Source of the DNA: a virus
Lineage: Duplodnaviria; Caudoviricetes
IMG/VR virus record: IMGVR_UViG_3300035665_000033
Coordinates: 1 to 61,768 of that record
Reading direction: 5' to 3' (one strand)
DNA: 61,768 bases
The stretch's first letter is position 1. Each line of letters begins with the position of its first letter. This document shows positions 23,956 through 34,181 of the stretch, piece after piece. A program made the translations under genes and the position numbers. A model generated the notes under the pieces. The model was given only the letters and a program-made list of their open reading frames with translations. It was not told the origin of the DNA and did not search any database.

Positions 23956-23963
23956 TATCTTTG
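23956..23963 (+). promoter_or_regulatory. -7 promoter box TATCTTTG
   Basis: Consensus match just upstream of the giant ORF. Confidence 0.65.
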
Positions 23964-23979
23964 CTGAAACTCAGCATAG

Positions 23980-26900
23980 ATGCAAGATCAAGTAATTAAA
24001 CTGGTTCTCGACCTCAAAAAAGAACTACCTACAGCAACTAGCAAAGACATAGCTCAAACGCTAGCCCCAGACTTGAACATCACTGATGACCAAGAGATAG
24101 ATGATCTGGCCACTCAGATAGATGGGCTAAACGAAGAGGTTTTAAAAAAAAAAGAAGGTTCGGATCCGATACAGGGCCTGATGGATCAGCCTATTGGGTT
24201 AGGGTCTGGTCCTACAAATTCGGCTTCTTTAAAGCCAAAGACTAGCATTCCCTCCTTACAAGAGAGAGCTTCTATACTTAATCCCGATGTTGAAGCGATC
24301 AATAGGGCGATGCAAAAAAGCCTTGACGATCTTGTCGTCAACGCGAACGGGAAAGAAGGTGCCATGGCTGGGTTGTATCAGATTGAACAACAGTATGGTG
24401 TTTCTTTTGATGACGATCAAAGAGCTAACATATCAGATTTAGCGACACGCAATTCCGAAGCCAGGGAATTCAACAGAAAAAACAGACTAACATCTGCTGC
24501 ATTCGCAGCAAGCCAAGAGGATCTTGATAAGCTTCTTTCTCAGGACGGGGTCACTGAGCAAGAGAAAGATCAGATTATGAGCGCTTATGATACTGCTAGT
24601 AAAATAAGAGAGCAGTATACAGACGAAGACGAGCAGATTAAGATGCTTGTGGATGCTGGATTGGTGGATAATAGAAGGGCTGGTAAGATAATAAGACAGA
24701 GGCAACAAAGAGAAGATCAACTTAAAGCTGTGTTTAGCACAGCTGAAGGTCTTTTAAAAGAGGGCAAATATGACGAGGCCCTTCAGTCTATATCATCTTT
24801 GTCGGGCATAGACTGGATGTCTCGAAAGCAGAAAAAAAATCTGTCTAGAGAGCTGGCTAGATATGTGTCAGATAGCTATGTTCAATCGTCCGTAAGCAGC
24901 GCTTTTGGAGAGTTGAAAGAAGAGGATGTAGATGCTGTTGCTCAGTACTACGCCGCCACAACTGGGTCGGAACTAGAGGAAGCGAAAGAAAAGGTTCTTC
25001 AGGCTGTGTCTAGCTTCGAGCAGGATTTTCAATCCCAGAGAATCCAACAGTTATTTGTGTCTGCTGAGCTTCCAGCGTCTGGCATAAATACTCAGCAGGA
25101 GGAGGTTTTGCTTTCAAAAGAAATAAGTCGTCTTGAAAGCCTGTATGAGAAACTCAATGATGAGGCATTAGATTCAGGTCTTTATCTTGGGGAAGGCGAA
25201 TGGAGCTTTCCTCAAGAAGAGGCAATTGAAGAAGTCGCAAGATCTATAGAAGCGAAAAGAGCTGAACTAGCATCTATGCGGGTAAACAGGGAGAGGTTTA
25301 TCTCTTTTGCCAACAACAAGGACAATTCTATGGCTATTTCTGCCATGAATATATACAGAGCGGCCATGCCGTTTGTAATATCTGAAAATACTCCAACCTC
25401 AAGAAGAGACATATTTTCGTCTAGCGACCCCCTTAGGACCGCCTTTGAGAGTTCTGATGAGTACCAGAGATTAGTAAGAGAGGCTGGCGACAAAATATCC
25501 ACTGATGAATGGTCGTCAAAAGTAAAGGCATCATTTGACGAATGGTCTACCGATTTCATGAAGAGAAATCAAGACGACTTGAGATCTGCCATATTGGAAT
25601 CACTAAGATTTAAGTTTGGCGGAGAGGTTACTCAAGATAACCTTGAAAGAGTCGAAAAAGATTTAAGCTCATTTGGAATAAAGATTGATCTAACTGGAGA
25701 CGATGCAATAGGATATAATAGATCTGTGCTGTCCTCTTTTGCTTTCAATCCGATCCCAGCAGCAGCCATTTATGCTTTTGGCGAAGACGTAGTTGCTGAT
25801 GTGTTTCAGAGACCAATAGAGTCATTCATTTCTTCCACGAAGGACCTTTTTATGTCGTTCTCTAATGTATTGAAAGATGCCTCAAGACAAGGTACTGTTA
25901 CCACGGAAGAGCTAAGACAGAGAATGCGAGAAAGAACATTCTTGCAGGAGACGCAATCCAGATACAAAGAATATGAATTTGGAGATGGGTCATACGAGAC
26001 CATGGTTGAATCTCTAAGCATGGCTTCTTCTTCGCTTCCTTTTACGCTTGCTGCCATTGGGGTAACAGCGCTAACAAGAAACCCAAACATCGGGATGGGT
26101 ATAATTGGCATTATGGAAGGAAGCAGCATATACAATAGCTATAGAAGCAGGCCAGAGTTTTATAGTATGACTCCTCTGGAGAAAACGACTCTTATCGGAG
26201 GAACAGCCGCTGTTGCCGCTTTGACTGAAAGATTTTTAGGCGACATAAAAATAGCAGACAGCCTAATTGGAGGCGGTATAGCCAGAGCTATTGCTCAAAA
26301 TCCAGTAGAGTATGGGTTTCAGATGGCAGCAAAAATAGGTCTCAATGTTTCTTCTGACGCGGCTGGTGAAATGATTACTGAGGGGTATACAAAGTTTACT
26401 GAGGCGGCTATAAGCGGAGACTACTCTTTCTTTCATAATGAGAAAGAGATGTTAAATACCATGGGGGCCGTTGCAGCTAGTTCTGTTTTGGTTTCTGGTC
26501 CTTTTGCTGCGATAGGGGTGGCTAGAAATAACTCAACGTACAAGTCTTTGACTAGAGACGGAGAAAGAGACCTGAGATCTATAATCAAAAACACTAAGCC
26601 CAATACGCCAGAAAGAACGATTGCTGTAGAGCAGTTTATAAGAGATTACTCAAGAAACTCTTATGTCCTAGAGGACAACAAAAACTTCAACGACTTCATA
26701 TCCGCTAGCAATCATTCTGATTTAAATAGAATAAACTCGCTTCAAAATAGAGTAGCAATACTTGAAAACATTCTGGCGGTAACTCCAACAGCAGAGAGCG
26801 CTGAAATAATCAGCGAGATGAGCGAAATACAGCAAGAGATAACGGCCATAGAGGATAAATACTCTGAGGCGTTTTTGTTTTCTCAAAGCGAAAGCGGCAT

Positions 26901-29900
26901 AGACGTATCTATAGCATCAACAGAGCGGTTAATTGAGAGAGAGAGATCTAGATCAAGAAGGCTCAGAGGAAAGGAAGGGAACGCCAACGCGCAAAGACTT
27001 AAGGAGTCAGAAGCGGAAACTAGCAGATTAAAAGAAAAGCTTCGTGCTCTTAGGAACAGAAAGCAAGAGCTTGCTGCTGCTGGCCCAGTTCAGGGGCCTG
27101 AAATATCAGTAAGCGGATACCTGCACCCTTCAAACGTAGATAGTTATAAGGCAAGGGGATATAGAGTCGTTAGTCAGACTCCTGGTCAGGACGGTAATGT
27201 TTTTGTTGTTTACGACCCAAGAGGCAAGGTTAAAATAGATAATTCATTACCCGAGAGCATAAGAAACAAAGATGCCGCGATTCAGGCCAGGTCTGTCGCC
27301 ATGAGAAGAGATGGCGAAACCAAAATGGCTATAGAGGAAATGATTATAGAATCTATTGTCAACGAAGGCCAGACATCAGTACTTACGCCCACTCAGCAAA
27401 AGGTTTACATAGCAAATAAAGAACTGATAGACAATTCAATAAAATCTAGCAGAGCAGACTTTGACATCGCAGTTGAATCAGCTCAGGATGCCACTGAAGT
27501 ATTGCTAGATAACGAGGAGTCTTCTAATAAAATAAAAGACAAGTACGGAGAATTTGGAGAGGGGTTGATCCGAAGAATGGTGGAGAATTTCGGGGTCAAT
27601 GTAGTGATCGTGAATGACTCTATGAGCATGCTAAAGCACGTAAGAGCGGCTGGATCACAAGATGCTAATTCACTTGAGAGAGCAATAAGAAGCGGAAAAA
27701 AAGGTAAGTTTAATGGCTCTTTCGACAGAAGCACAAATACCATATACGTATCAGAAACATCCTCTGTAAAAGACTTAATTGAGGAAACTCTTCATGCTAC
27801 GTTATATCATAAATTCAAAAACAACAAAGCGGCTAAATCTTTATTTATAAATAAGCTCAGACAAGACTTTCTCTCAAACAAATCACTCAAGCATCTTATG
27901 GGGAAGAAAAGGTCTGATTATTCTAAACTGGGATTTACAGAGCTTGGCCTAAAGGAAGAGGAAGTTGTCGAAGTAATATCAACCATCATATCAAAGAATG
28001 ACGCTGTTGCTATAAAGACTGTGTTTGACAGAATTGTAGAATACGTAAGATCCATATTTAATATAGATAGCTTTGGTAAGGATGTAGTCGATTCGATAGA
28101 TCAGTTTAAAGTGGTCAAGTCTTTTGCAGATTTCCTTATTGAAAATAAAGAGATAGACCAGGCCATTGCCGATGAACTAAGTGACATTGAGGACGCCACA
28201 GCAACGTCTATCGAGGAGATGATTGATGACTCAGGCATGGCCCTGTCTTATTCTGGTCCAGCTTCGTTCTTGTACAACAAGGAAATAACCTATGAGGAAC
28301 TAAGTCTGTCTAAGTTTGGTGAGTTGCGTGAAATCTCAGATGGAAAAGGCCTTAACAAAAAGAAAACAGTAAAAGACTACGCCGACTTCAGAAGGTGGTA
28401 TAACTGGATGACCAACAATGGAAGAACTCCAGTTGTTATATCCATGTCTTATGTTGACGAAAATGGAAATGTAAAGAGACTGAATCCTCCAAAGCCCTTC
28501 TTCGACAAAGAGACTGGAGAAATATCTAAACCTACAAACCCAAGACCGATAGGATGGGGTGCTCAGCAATTAAAGAAAAACCATATAGCTCAAGAGCAAG
28601 CAGACAAAAGAAGACGTGATCTTGCCACAGCAAGCTCTTACATAGGTAAAATTGTTTCTAAGCACATGCCGTCAGTAGCATCTTTTGAGAACTCTTATAA
28701 GATTAATCAAGATGGAATTGACGAAAGAAACAGGAACCTTGTTGACGAGCCGAAGATTCTTCCAGGCGATAGCAGACACATAAGTCTCATGTATGAGGCG
28801 CTGTATGACTTCCTCGCTGAAAGAGAGGACGCTGGAATCATGCTCTCATATCATGCGGAGCAAGCCAGCACGCCTAAGCAGGCCATGGACGATATAAGCG
28901 AAATGTATGCTGCGTCAAGGAAAGAGAAAAACGAATCCCTTAAGTCTAAGAGAATAGAGGCTCTTGTTGACTACATAAGATCTTTTGGCATAAGAAAAGA
29001 CATAGCAACTGACTACGCCAATGGAAAGGCTACAGCAGCCATAGTAGACTCAATTAGAAGCAGAGTGTCTATTTACTTCAGCGGAAAAAACTACTTCATA
29101 AAGGGTATAAATGAATATGCAGAAAGGGCTGTCTCGTCTAGGGTTATGCAATCTATGTTGTTTCATTTTGGAGAGCAGGCTATAAAGGAAAGAAGAACAA
29201 AATCTCAATCTTACCTTTCTCAAGCCAGATCTTCGTTTAATGACTATATAAACAACTCATCTCCAGCTGATTTCGGAGGGCAGGCTGGTTACGATTTTGC
29301 TAAATCAAATCAAAATTTATGGATGATAATAACCGCTATATCATCCAATGGGAATACTAGCTACAACAACATAGTTCTGTCCAAGTACATAGCTCAATCT
29401 CTTAGTAGAATATATGCTGAGAACGGATCAATAAGCACGGATATTCCAGCAGTTCAAGCCCTCCTTACTAAAATAGAACATGGCGGGTTTTATGACAACA
29501 TGCCTGGAAGGCCAGACAGATTTAAATTCGTTAGTGGCCAGCTAAGAAACATATTGGACTCTGTACAAGGAAATGACAAGGGGGGATCATATGACGCTTA
29601 CCTCAGTGACCTCGCCATGAATCCTGGCAAGTCAAGGAAGTATAAAAACAACTCACAGCTTATGGATGTCTTGTCGCCTAAGATTGGGGCGTGGGCTTCT
29701 AACCTCATAGGGAATGAGAATGTAGTCACTCAAGACTCCCACTTTGTCCAGGCCTTAAATGTCTTTAGAGGCTTCTCTAAGCCCAAGATAGACTGGTCTG
29801 GGCTTGCCGACATAATAGGTGACACTGCCTTCGGTAAACTTGATACACCTCAAAAGAGAATGTCAGCTGTAGCGGCTGTTCTAAAAGATATTTGTGACAG

Positions 29901-32900
29901 AAAATCGGTAGGTAAAAATTCTGTATTCGCTGATTTAAGTCAAAAAGATTTAAAAAGACTAAAGACTTGGTTTAATCTTAACCAAAGAGAAATACTACAG
30001 TCAAAGCCAAAGAGCGACTCAGAGAGATCTTTTAATGAGAACGTTGCTATAAGGATAGCAAAGCAGTTGTCACGTGCCCTGGGCACCGATATAACGCCAG
30101 CCATGGTGCAACAACTTATATTTGAGATGAACCACGATCAAAGAAGATCACTTGGTGTTTCTCAGAGCGAGTACAGCACGTATGAATCACACATAACTGA
30201 TAGACATACTCACGAATCTGCTCAGAAGATATTCGGAAGTCAGTTCAGAAATGTGATGGACGCTGATACTATGGAGCGTCTTGAATCCCTTGAGCAGTAC
30301 CAAACAGATGACGAAGGAGGATTCATGTTCAGCTTTGTTCCAGGAGAATCTAGAACTCATGGCCAGGACATACTCTCTGGTCCAAACGGAGATGCGCTGA
30401 CGCCGCAAAACATAGATCAGATTTTATCTCCTTACCCGTTGCACACTGCGATAAGAAACCAAGGGTCACCGCCAAAAGAAAACCAAAGAGTATTTGTGTA
30501 TGTCGATCAGAAGATTATGTCTGAGACAATGTACCCAGTCTTGAACATATCCAAGACGCTAAGTGGACTGCCTATGTTCTCTTCGGACAGAATCACGCTT
30601 ACTGACGTTTCTTTCCCCAAGCCAAGTTCATTTACCTTCACCGATATTGTAAGTGGGAAGGGTCCAAAGAGACATATTTCTGGCAAGAACAAAGAGATAA
30701 AAGAGACCGACGACATCATGACTGGTGTTCTTATTACTCTTGATCCAACAAACAATAATGGATTTGCTGATGAGAATGGACGCCTTATAAAAAGCGCCGA
30801 TGAGGTCACCGTAATAAACGGAAAGATTATAGCAAGGGGAAACATAGAGTACTACCCTGATACCATGAACAAGAACGGTATGTCTACTACCGCCGAATTT
30901 GTTCAGGGGCCAAGAAGATCTCAGGCAAAGAGGAATAGTATAATAGAGGCAGTGAAAGAAAACATTGCCAAGTATATGCCTGAGATATACACTGAGGAAG
31001 ACGATGTAATCCTGAGCATATATGACCGTCTAAGCCCAGAAGACCAAGCCGCGATATTGGTAAGTCCTTCTCAGAAGAAAGGCAAGGTAAGAGGCACTGC
31101 TTCTAGGGCGGCTTCTTCTGGAGAGTATTCAGAAATAAAAGATCAGATACTGAGCAATCCAGCAAATTATATTGACACGAAGTATCTTGAAGGATCTAAA
31201 AAAGAACTCGAAGGAAAAAGCGTTCCAGAACTCATCTCGATGATGAGGGGAGACAAGCTTGGGTCCCTTATGAATAGAAATGATGATGTAGGTGTTCTGG
31301 CTGGCATCGAGCTGATAAATAGACTTCAAGCTGAAGGAAGGACTGAAGCGATACCGTCTGTCCTTGAGGATCTTGCCAAGATGGGTACCTCTATTGGTAG
31401 GCTCCTCAGACAGTTCGGAGAACTGAAAACGTCTACCTCGTTTGGCATATATGGCATGATTTCTAGCCTTGCGGAAAGTCAGGGCAAAGTTCTTACCGAC
31501 GATATGAAGACCAAACTTCAGGAGGCGGCTGAGAACTATATGGTTTCTTACAGAAATTATGAATCACTTGTTGACAGAGCTATAGCTGGAGAGGATCTTG
31601 AGGCTGAACTTAAGGAGGCTATGAACTCCTATCTAGAAGCTCAGAACAAGCTTGACACCATGGTAAATACTTTGGTTGACAAGAGCTGGTCAGACATAGG
31701 GATACAGCTTATGCAGGGTAATCTTTTGACGTCTATGTCTCAGGCTAAAAACATAGCCTATAACATAGCGCAGATGTTCCCAAGAACCATGGTGGACGTG
31801 GCATCTTATCCAATAGAAAAGCTTCTTAATGCCATGGGGGTAAAGTCCCCAGCTAAAAGAATCAGTATGGCTGCGTACTTGTACGGACTGAAGAAATTTG
31901 GATCTGGATGGGTCGAAGCGGCAGAGCAGGTTGTAACTGGAAAACAAAGAGAGACAACAGAATGGAGAATGGATAGAGGTTTTATGCCAGTCAGATCCTT
32001 GATTGCTGCTCTTTCTAATGACCTGCCCCAGACCAAAAGCGGAAGAGCATCCCTGAACTCAAGAGCAAAGCTTCTTGTGGCTGGCACCTTCGGGATCCCT
32101 GCTGAAACTATGTTTAGGTTACTGTCTCTTGGTGACATACCATTCAGAAGATATGCAGAGGCAACAGAGCTTTATCACATAGGTGTTGGCATGGGACTTA
32201 AAGGAGAGGAGCTTGCTAGATTCCTTAAGTACCCAAGCAGAGAAGCTATGGATAGAGCTAAGGACGAAGGAGCCAAGATGACATTCCAGAAAGAAGGCGG
32301 CCTTGCTAGAGGCAGCATGTGGATTATAAGTAATTTATCTAGAGGTCTTGGAAAGATGTTTGAGAACTCGAAAGGATTTGACGCTCCAGGATTCTTCAAG
32401 TTCTTCATAAGATCAAACGTCCCCTATGTTACTACGATTGCCAACTTTATGGAGGAGTCGCTCACCTACATATCTCCAGCATTCGGATCGGCTAGAGTGG
32501 TGTCTAACATCATGAACGGCAATGCTGATGAGGCAGCGAAGAACGCAACTAAAGTGATGGTTGGTCAGGTGTTTACTCAGATGTCCTTGCAACTCATTGC
32601 CAACGGAATAATAAGCCCTGGTGTCGAGTGGGAGGATGACGAAAAAACAAACCTGATGTATGACGTGATGCCTCCTAACAGCATAAACATCTCTGCTCTG
32701 AAGAGACTGCTGAACGGAGAGGACCCAGCTCCTATGGCAGATGACGTCTACAAGAGCTACCAAACTCTTGGCGTTATCGGATCCATCATGGGTGCCTATG
32801 CCCAGAGCATGACTAGAGACGCTGCTAAAGACGCTATAGAAAACCCAACTAAGGGCATTAACATCCTCAAGAGAGCACTAGGTATGGAGAATGCGGCCCT

Positions 32901-33732
32901 CATATCATACATGATGGATCAGAGCTTCTTGCAAGGTCTGAATGGAGTCTTTGAGATAATAACAGAGTCAGATCCAGAGAAACTCAACATAGCCATGGAG
33001 AAATATGCTGAGAGCTTGTTCAGGGCATACAGCGCAATGGCCATCCCTAACTTCTTCTCTGGTGCTAATATGGCTACAAGAGAGTTTATGCCAGACAAGA
33101 GAGATGCTGATCTTTCAGACAGGCTAATCAACCATGTAAAAGAAAGAACATTTAATACTGACGGTCTCCCCGTCAAGGTGAACTGGAAAGGAGAAAGAAT
33201 TAGTCAGGCACCAAAGGGCGGGAGGCAGTTCGCTTACTACATGTTTGACCCCTACAAGACCAGCACGTCTGGAACTGATCCAGTCTCGATAGAAATACTC
33301 AATCTATATATGAGAACTGGAGAGCTGCCAAAGGCTATAGGCACTCCATACTACGCCTCTTCTGTACACAGAAAGCTTGAGGTTCCATCCTTCAGCAGGG
33401 GTAAAGCTCAGAAAGCCATGCAAAACCTTATGGCTAGCGGAGCCAAGTATGAGTTTGTTGGAAATACGCCAGAGGACTTTAGATTCTCCCTCACGGCTGA
33501 AGAACTAAACAACATACTTGAGATGTCTAATTCATTAAGGTACAAAGACATGCAGCAATTCATGCAGACCGATAAATTCAAGGGGATGTCTGACTCAGAA
33601 AAGATTGAAGCACTCGACGAGCTAAATAAGAAATACAACTCCATGCTTGAGTACTTGCCAGATGGAAGTTTCATGCCTCACTCCAAGTACTTGATACAGG
33701 TAATAGAAAACAAGTATTTAGAATCAAGATGA
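23980..33732 (+). CDS. Giant (3250 aa) internal virion / polyvalent protein
   Basis: Position after ejection genes; hydrophobic helices near aa 690-850; degenerate zincin motif EETLH; HhH-like PKIG...NL...VTQD segment. Confidence 0.65.
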   Translation: MQDQVIKLVLDLKKELPTATSKDIAQTLAPDLNITDDQEIDDLATQIDGLNEEVLKKKEGSDPIQGLMDQPIGLGSGPTNSASLKPKTSIPSLQERASILNPDVEAINRAMQKSLDDLVVNANGKEGAMAGLYQIEQQYGVSFDDDQRANISDLATRNSEAREFNRKNRLTSAAFAASQEDLDKLLSQDGVTEQEKDQIMSAYDTASKIREQYTDEDEQIKMLVDAGLVDNRRAGKIIRQRQQREDQLKAVFSTAEGLLKEGKYDEALQSISSLSGIDWMSRKQKKNLSRELARYVSDSYVQSSVSSAFGELKEEDVDAVAQYYAATTGSELEEAKEKVLQAVSSFEQDFQSQRIQQLFVSAELPASGINTQQEEVLLSKEISRLESLYEKLNDEALDSGLYLGEGEWSFPQEEAIEEVARSIEAKRAELASMRVNRERFISFANNKDNSMAISAMNIYRAAMPFVISENTPTSRRDIFSSSDPLRTAFESSDEYQRLVREAGDKISTDEWSSKVKASFDEWSTDFMKRNQDDLRSAILESLRFKFGGEVTQDNLERVEKDLSSFGIKIDLTGDDAIGYNRSVLSSFAFNPIPAAAIYAFGEDVVADVFQRPIESFISSTKDLFMSFSNVLKDASRQGTVTTEELRQRMRERTFLQETQSRYKEYEFGDGSYETMVESLSMASSSLPFTLAAIGVTALTRNPNIGMGIIGIMEGSSIYNSYRSRPEFYSMTPLEKTTLIGGTAAVAALTERFLGDIKIADSLIGGGIARAIAQNPVEYGFQMAAKIGLNVSSDAAGEMITEGYTKFTEAAISGDYSFFHNEKEMLNTMGAVAASSVLVSGPFAAIGVARNNSTYKSLTRDGERDLRSIIKNTKPNTPERTIAVEQFIRDYSRNSYVLEDNKNFNDFISASNHSDLNRINSLQNRVAILENILAVTPTAESAEIISEMSEIQQEITAIEDKYSEAFLFSQSESGIDVSIASTERLIERERSRSRRLRGKEGNANAQRLKESEAETSRLKEKLRALRNRKQELAAAGPVQGPEISVSGYLHPSNVDSYKARGYRVVSQTPGQDGNVFVVYDPRGKVKIDNSLPESIRNKDAAIQARSVAMRRDGETKMAIEEMIIESIVNEGQTSVLTPTQQKVYIANKELIDNSIKSSRADFDIAVESAQDATEVLLDNEESSNKIKDKYGEFGEGLIRRMVENFGVNVVIVNDSMSMLKHVRAAGSQDANSLERAIRSGKKGKFNGSFDRSTNTIYVSETSSVKDLIEETLHATLYHKFKNNKAAKSLFINKLRQDFLSNKSLKHLMGKKRSDYSKLGFTELGLKEEEVVEVISTIISKNDAVAIKTVFDRIVEYVRSIFNIDSFGKDVVDSIDQFKVVKSFADFLIENKEIDQAIADELSDIEDATATSIEEMIDDSGMALSYSGPASFLYNKEITYEELSLSKFGELREISDGKGLNKKKTVKDYADFRRWYNWMTNNGRTPVVISMSYVDENGNVKRLNPPKPFFDKETGEISKPTNPRPIGWGAQQLKKNHIAQEQADKRRRDLATASSYIGKIVSKHMPSVASFENSYKINQDGIDERNRNLVDEPKILPGDSRHISLMYEALYDFLAEREDAGIMLSYHAEQASTPKQAMDDISEMYAASRKEKNESLKSKRIEALVDYIRSFGIRKDIATDYANGKATAAIVDSIRSRVSIYFSGKNYFIKGINEYAERAVSSRVMQSMLFHFGEQAIKERRTKSQSYLSQARSSFNDYINNSSPADFGGQAGYDFAKSNQNLWMIITAISSNGNTSYNNIVLSKYIAQSLSRIYAENGSISTDIPAVQALLTKIEHGGFYDNMPGRPDRFKFVSGQLRNILDSVQGNDKGGSYDAYLSDLAMNPGKSRKYKNNSQLMDVLSPKIGAWASNLIGNENVVTQDSHFVQALNVFRGFSKPKIDWSGLADIIGDTAFGKLDTPQKRMSAVAAVLKDICDRKSVGKNSVFADLSQKDLKRLKTWFNLNQREILQSKPKSDSERSFNENVAIRIAKQLSRALGTDITPAMVQQLIFEMNHDQRRSLGVSQSEYSTYESHITDRHTHESAQKIFGSQFRNVMDADTMERLESLEQYQTDDEGGFMFSFVPGESRTHGQDILSGPNGDALTPQNIDQILSPYPLHTAIRNQGSPPKENQRVFVYVDQKIMSETMYPVLNISKTLSGLPMFSSDRITLTDVSFPKPSSFTFTDIVSGKGPKRHISGKNKEIKETDDIMTGVLITLDPTNNNGFADENGRLIKSADEVTVINGKIIARGNIEYYPDTMNKNGMSTTAEFVQGPRRSQAKRNSIIEAVKENIAKYMPEIYTEEDDVILSIYDRLSPEDQAAILVSPSQKKGKVRGTASRAASSGEYSEIKDQILSNPANYIDTKYLEGSKKELEGKSVPELISMMRGDKLGSLMNRNDDVGVLAGIELINRLQAEGRTEAIPSVLEDLAKMGTSIGRLLRQFGELKTSTSFGIYGMISSLAESQGKVLTDDMKTKLQEAAENYMVSYRNYESLVDRAIAGEDLEAELKEAMNSYLEAQNKLDTMVNTLVDKSWSDIGIQLMQGNLLTSMSQAKNIAYNIAQMFPRTMVDVASYPIEKLLNAMGVKSPAKRISMAAYLYGLKKFGSGWVEAAEQVVTGKQRETTEWRMDRGFMPVRSLIAALSNDLPQTKSGRASLNSRAKLLVAGTFGIPAETMFRLLSLGDIPFRRYAEATELYHIGVGMGLKGEELARFLKYPSREAMDRAKDEGAKMTFQKEGGLARGSMWIISNLSRGLGKMFENSKGFDAPGFFKFFIRSNVPYVTTIANFMEESLTYISPAFGSARVVSNIMNGNADEAAKNATKVMVGQVFTQMSLQLIANGIISPGVEWEDDEKTNLMYDVMPPNSINISALKRLLNGEDPAPMADDVYKSYQTLGVIGSIMGAYAQSMTRDAAKDAIENPTKGINILKRALGMENAALISYMMDQSFLQGLNGVFEIITESDPEKLNIAMEKYAESLFRAYSAMAIPNFFSGANMATREFMPDKRDADLSDRLINHVKERTFNTDGLPVKVNWKGERISQAPKGGRQFAYYMFDPYKTSTSGTDPVSIEILNLYMRTGELPKAIGTPYYASSVHRKLEVPSFSRGKAQKAMQNLMASGAKYEFVGNTPEDFRFSLTAEELNNILEMSNSLRYKDMQQFMQTDKFKGMSDSEKIEALDELNKKYNSMLEYLPDGSFMPHSKYLIQVIENKYLESR

Positions 33733-34181
33733 GAAAGAAACTAAAAGATACTAAGGTGGGGGCGTGGCTTAAGGACAAGGCACCTCAGGTTCTAGACACG
33801 GTAGGAGAACTGCTTCCTGACCAAGGCGCACTTGGCGTAGTCAAGAGGCTTATAGATCTTGATCCTAATATGACGGCACAGGAAAAGATGGAGTTCGAGA
33901 AGATGCTAATGGACTACGAGGCTAACGCTCAGAATAATGTAACCGAAAGATGGAAGTCGGATATGATGTCTGATTCTTGGCTATCAAAGAATATCAGGCC
34001 TATGATGCTTTCTTATCTAGTGGTTATCTTTACTATATTTGTTGCCACGGACAGCTTTGATAATCTGTCGTTTAACATAAAAGACTCTTATGTTGAAACG
34101 TTCAGTATACTCATGACAACTGCATTTACAGCATACTTCGCGGGAAGATCATACGAAAAGGTAAGACTAAACAGGAAATAA
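33729..34181 (+). CDS. Holin, GTA 3TM-holin-like
   Basis: RWKSDMMSDSWLSKNIRP followed by hydrophobic helices and AYFAGRSYEK. Confidence 0.7.
   Translation: MRKKLKDTKVGAWLKDKAPQVLDTVGELLPDQGALGVVKRLIDLDPNMTAQEKMEFEKMLMDYEANAQNNVTERWKSDMMSDSWLSKNIRPMMLSYLVVIFTIFVATDSFDNLSFNIKDSYVETFSILMTTAFTAYFAGRSYEKVRLNRK

Noticed and set aside
27457-27471. DFDIA in the giant protein as a crAss-type virion RNA polymerase motif (DFDID)
   Set aside because: The third Asp is missing, the context is helical, and host-type promoters drive the early genes.
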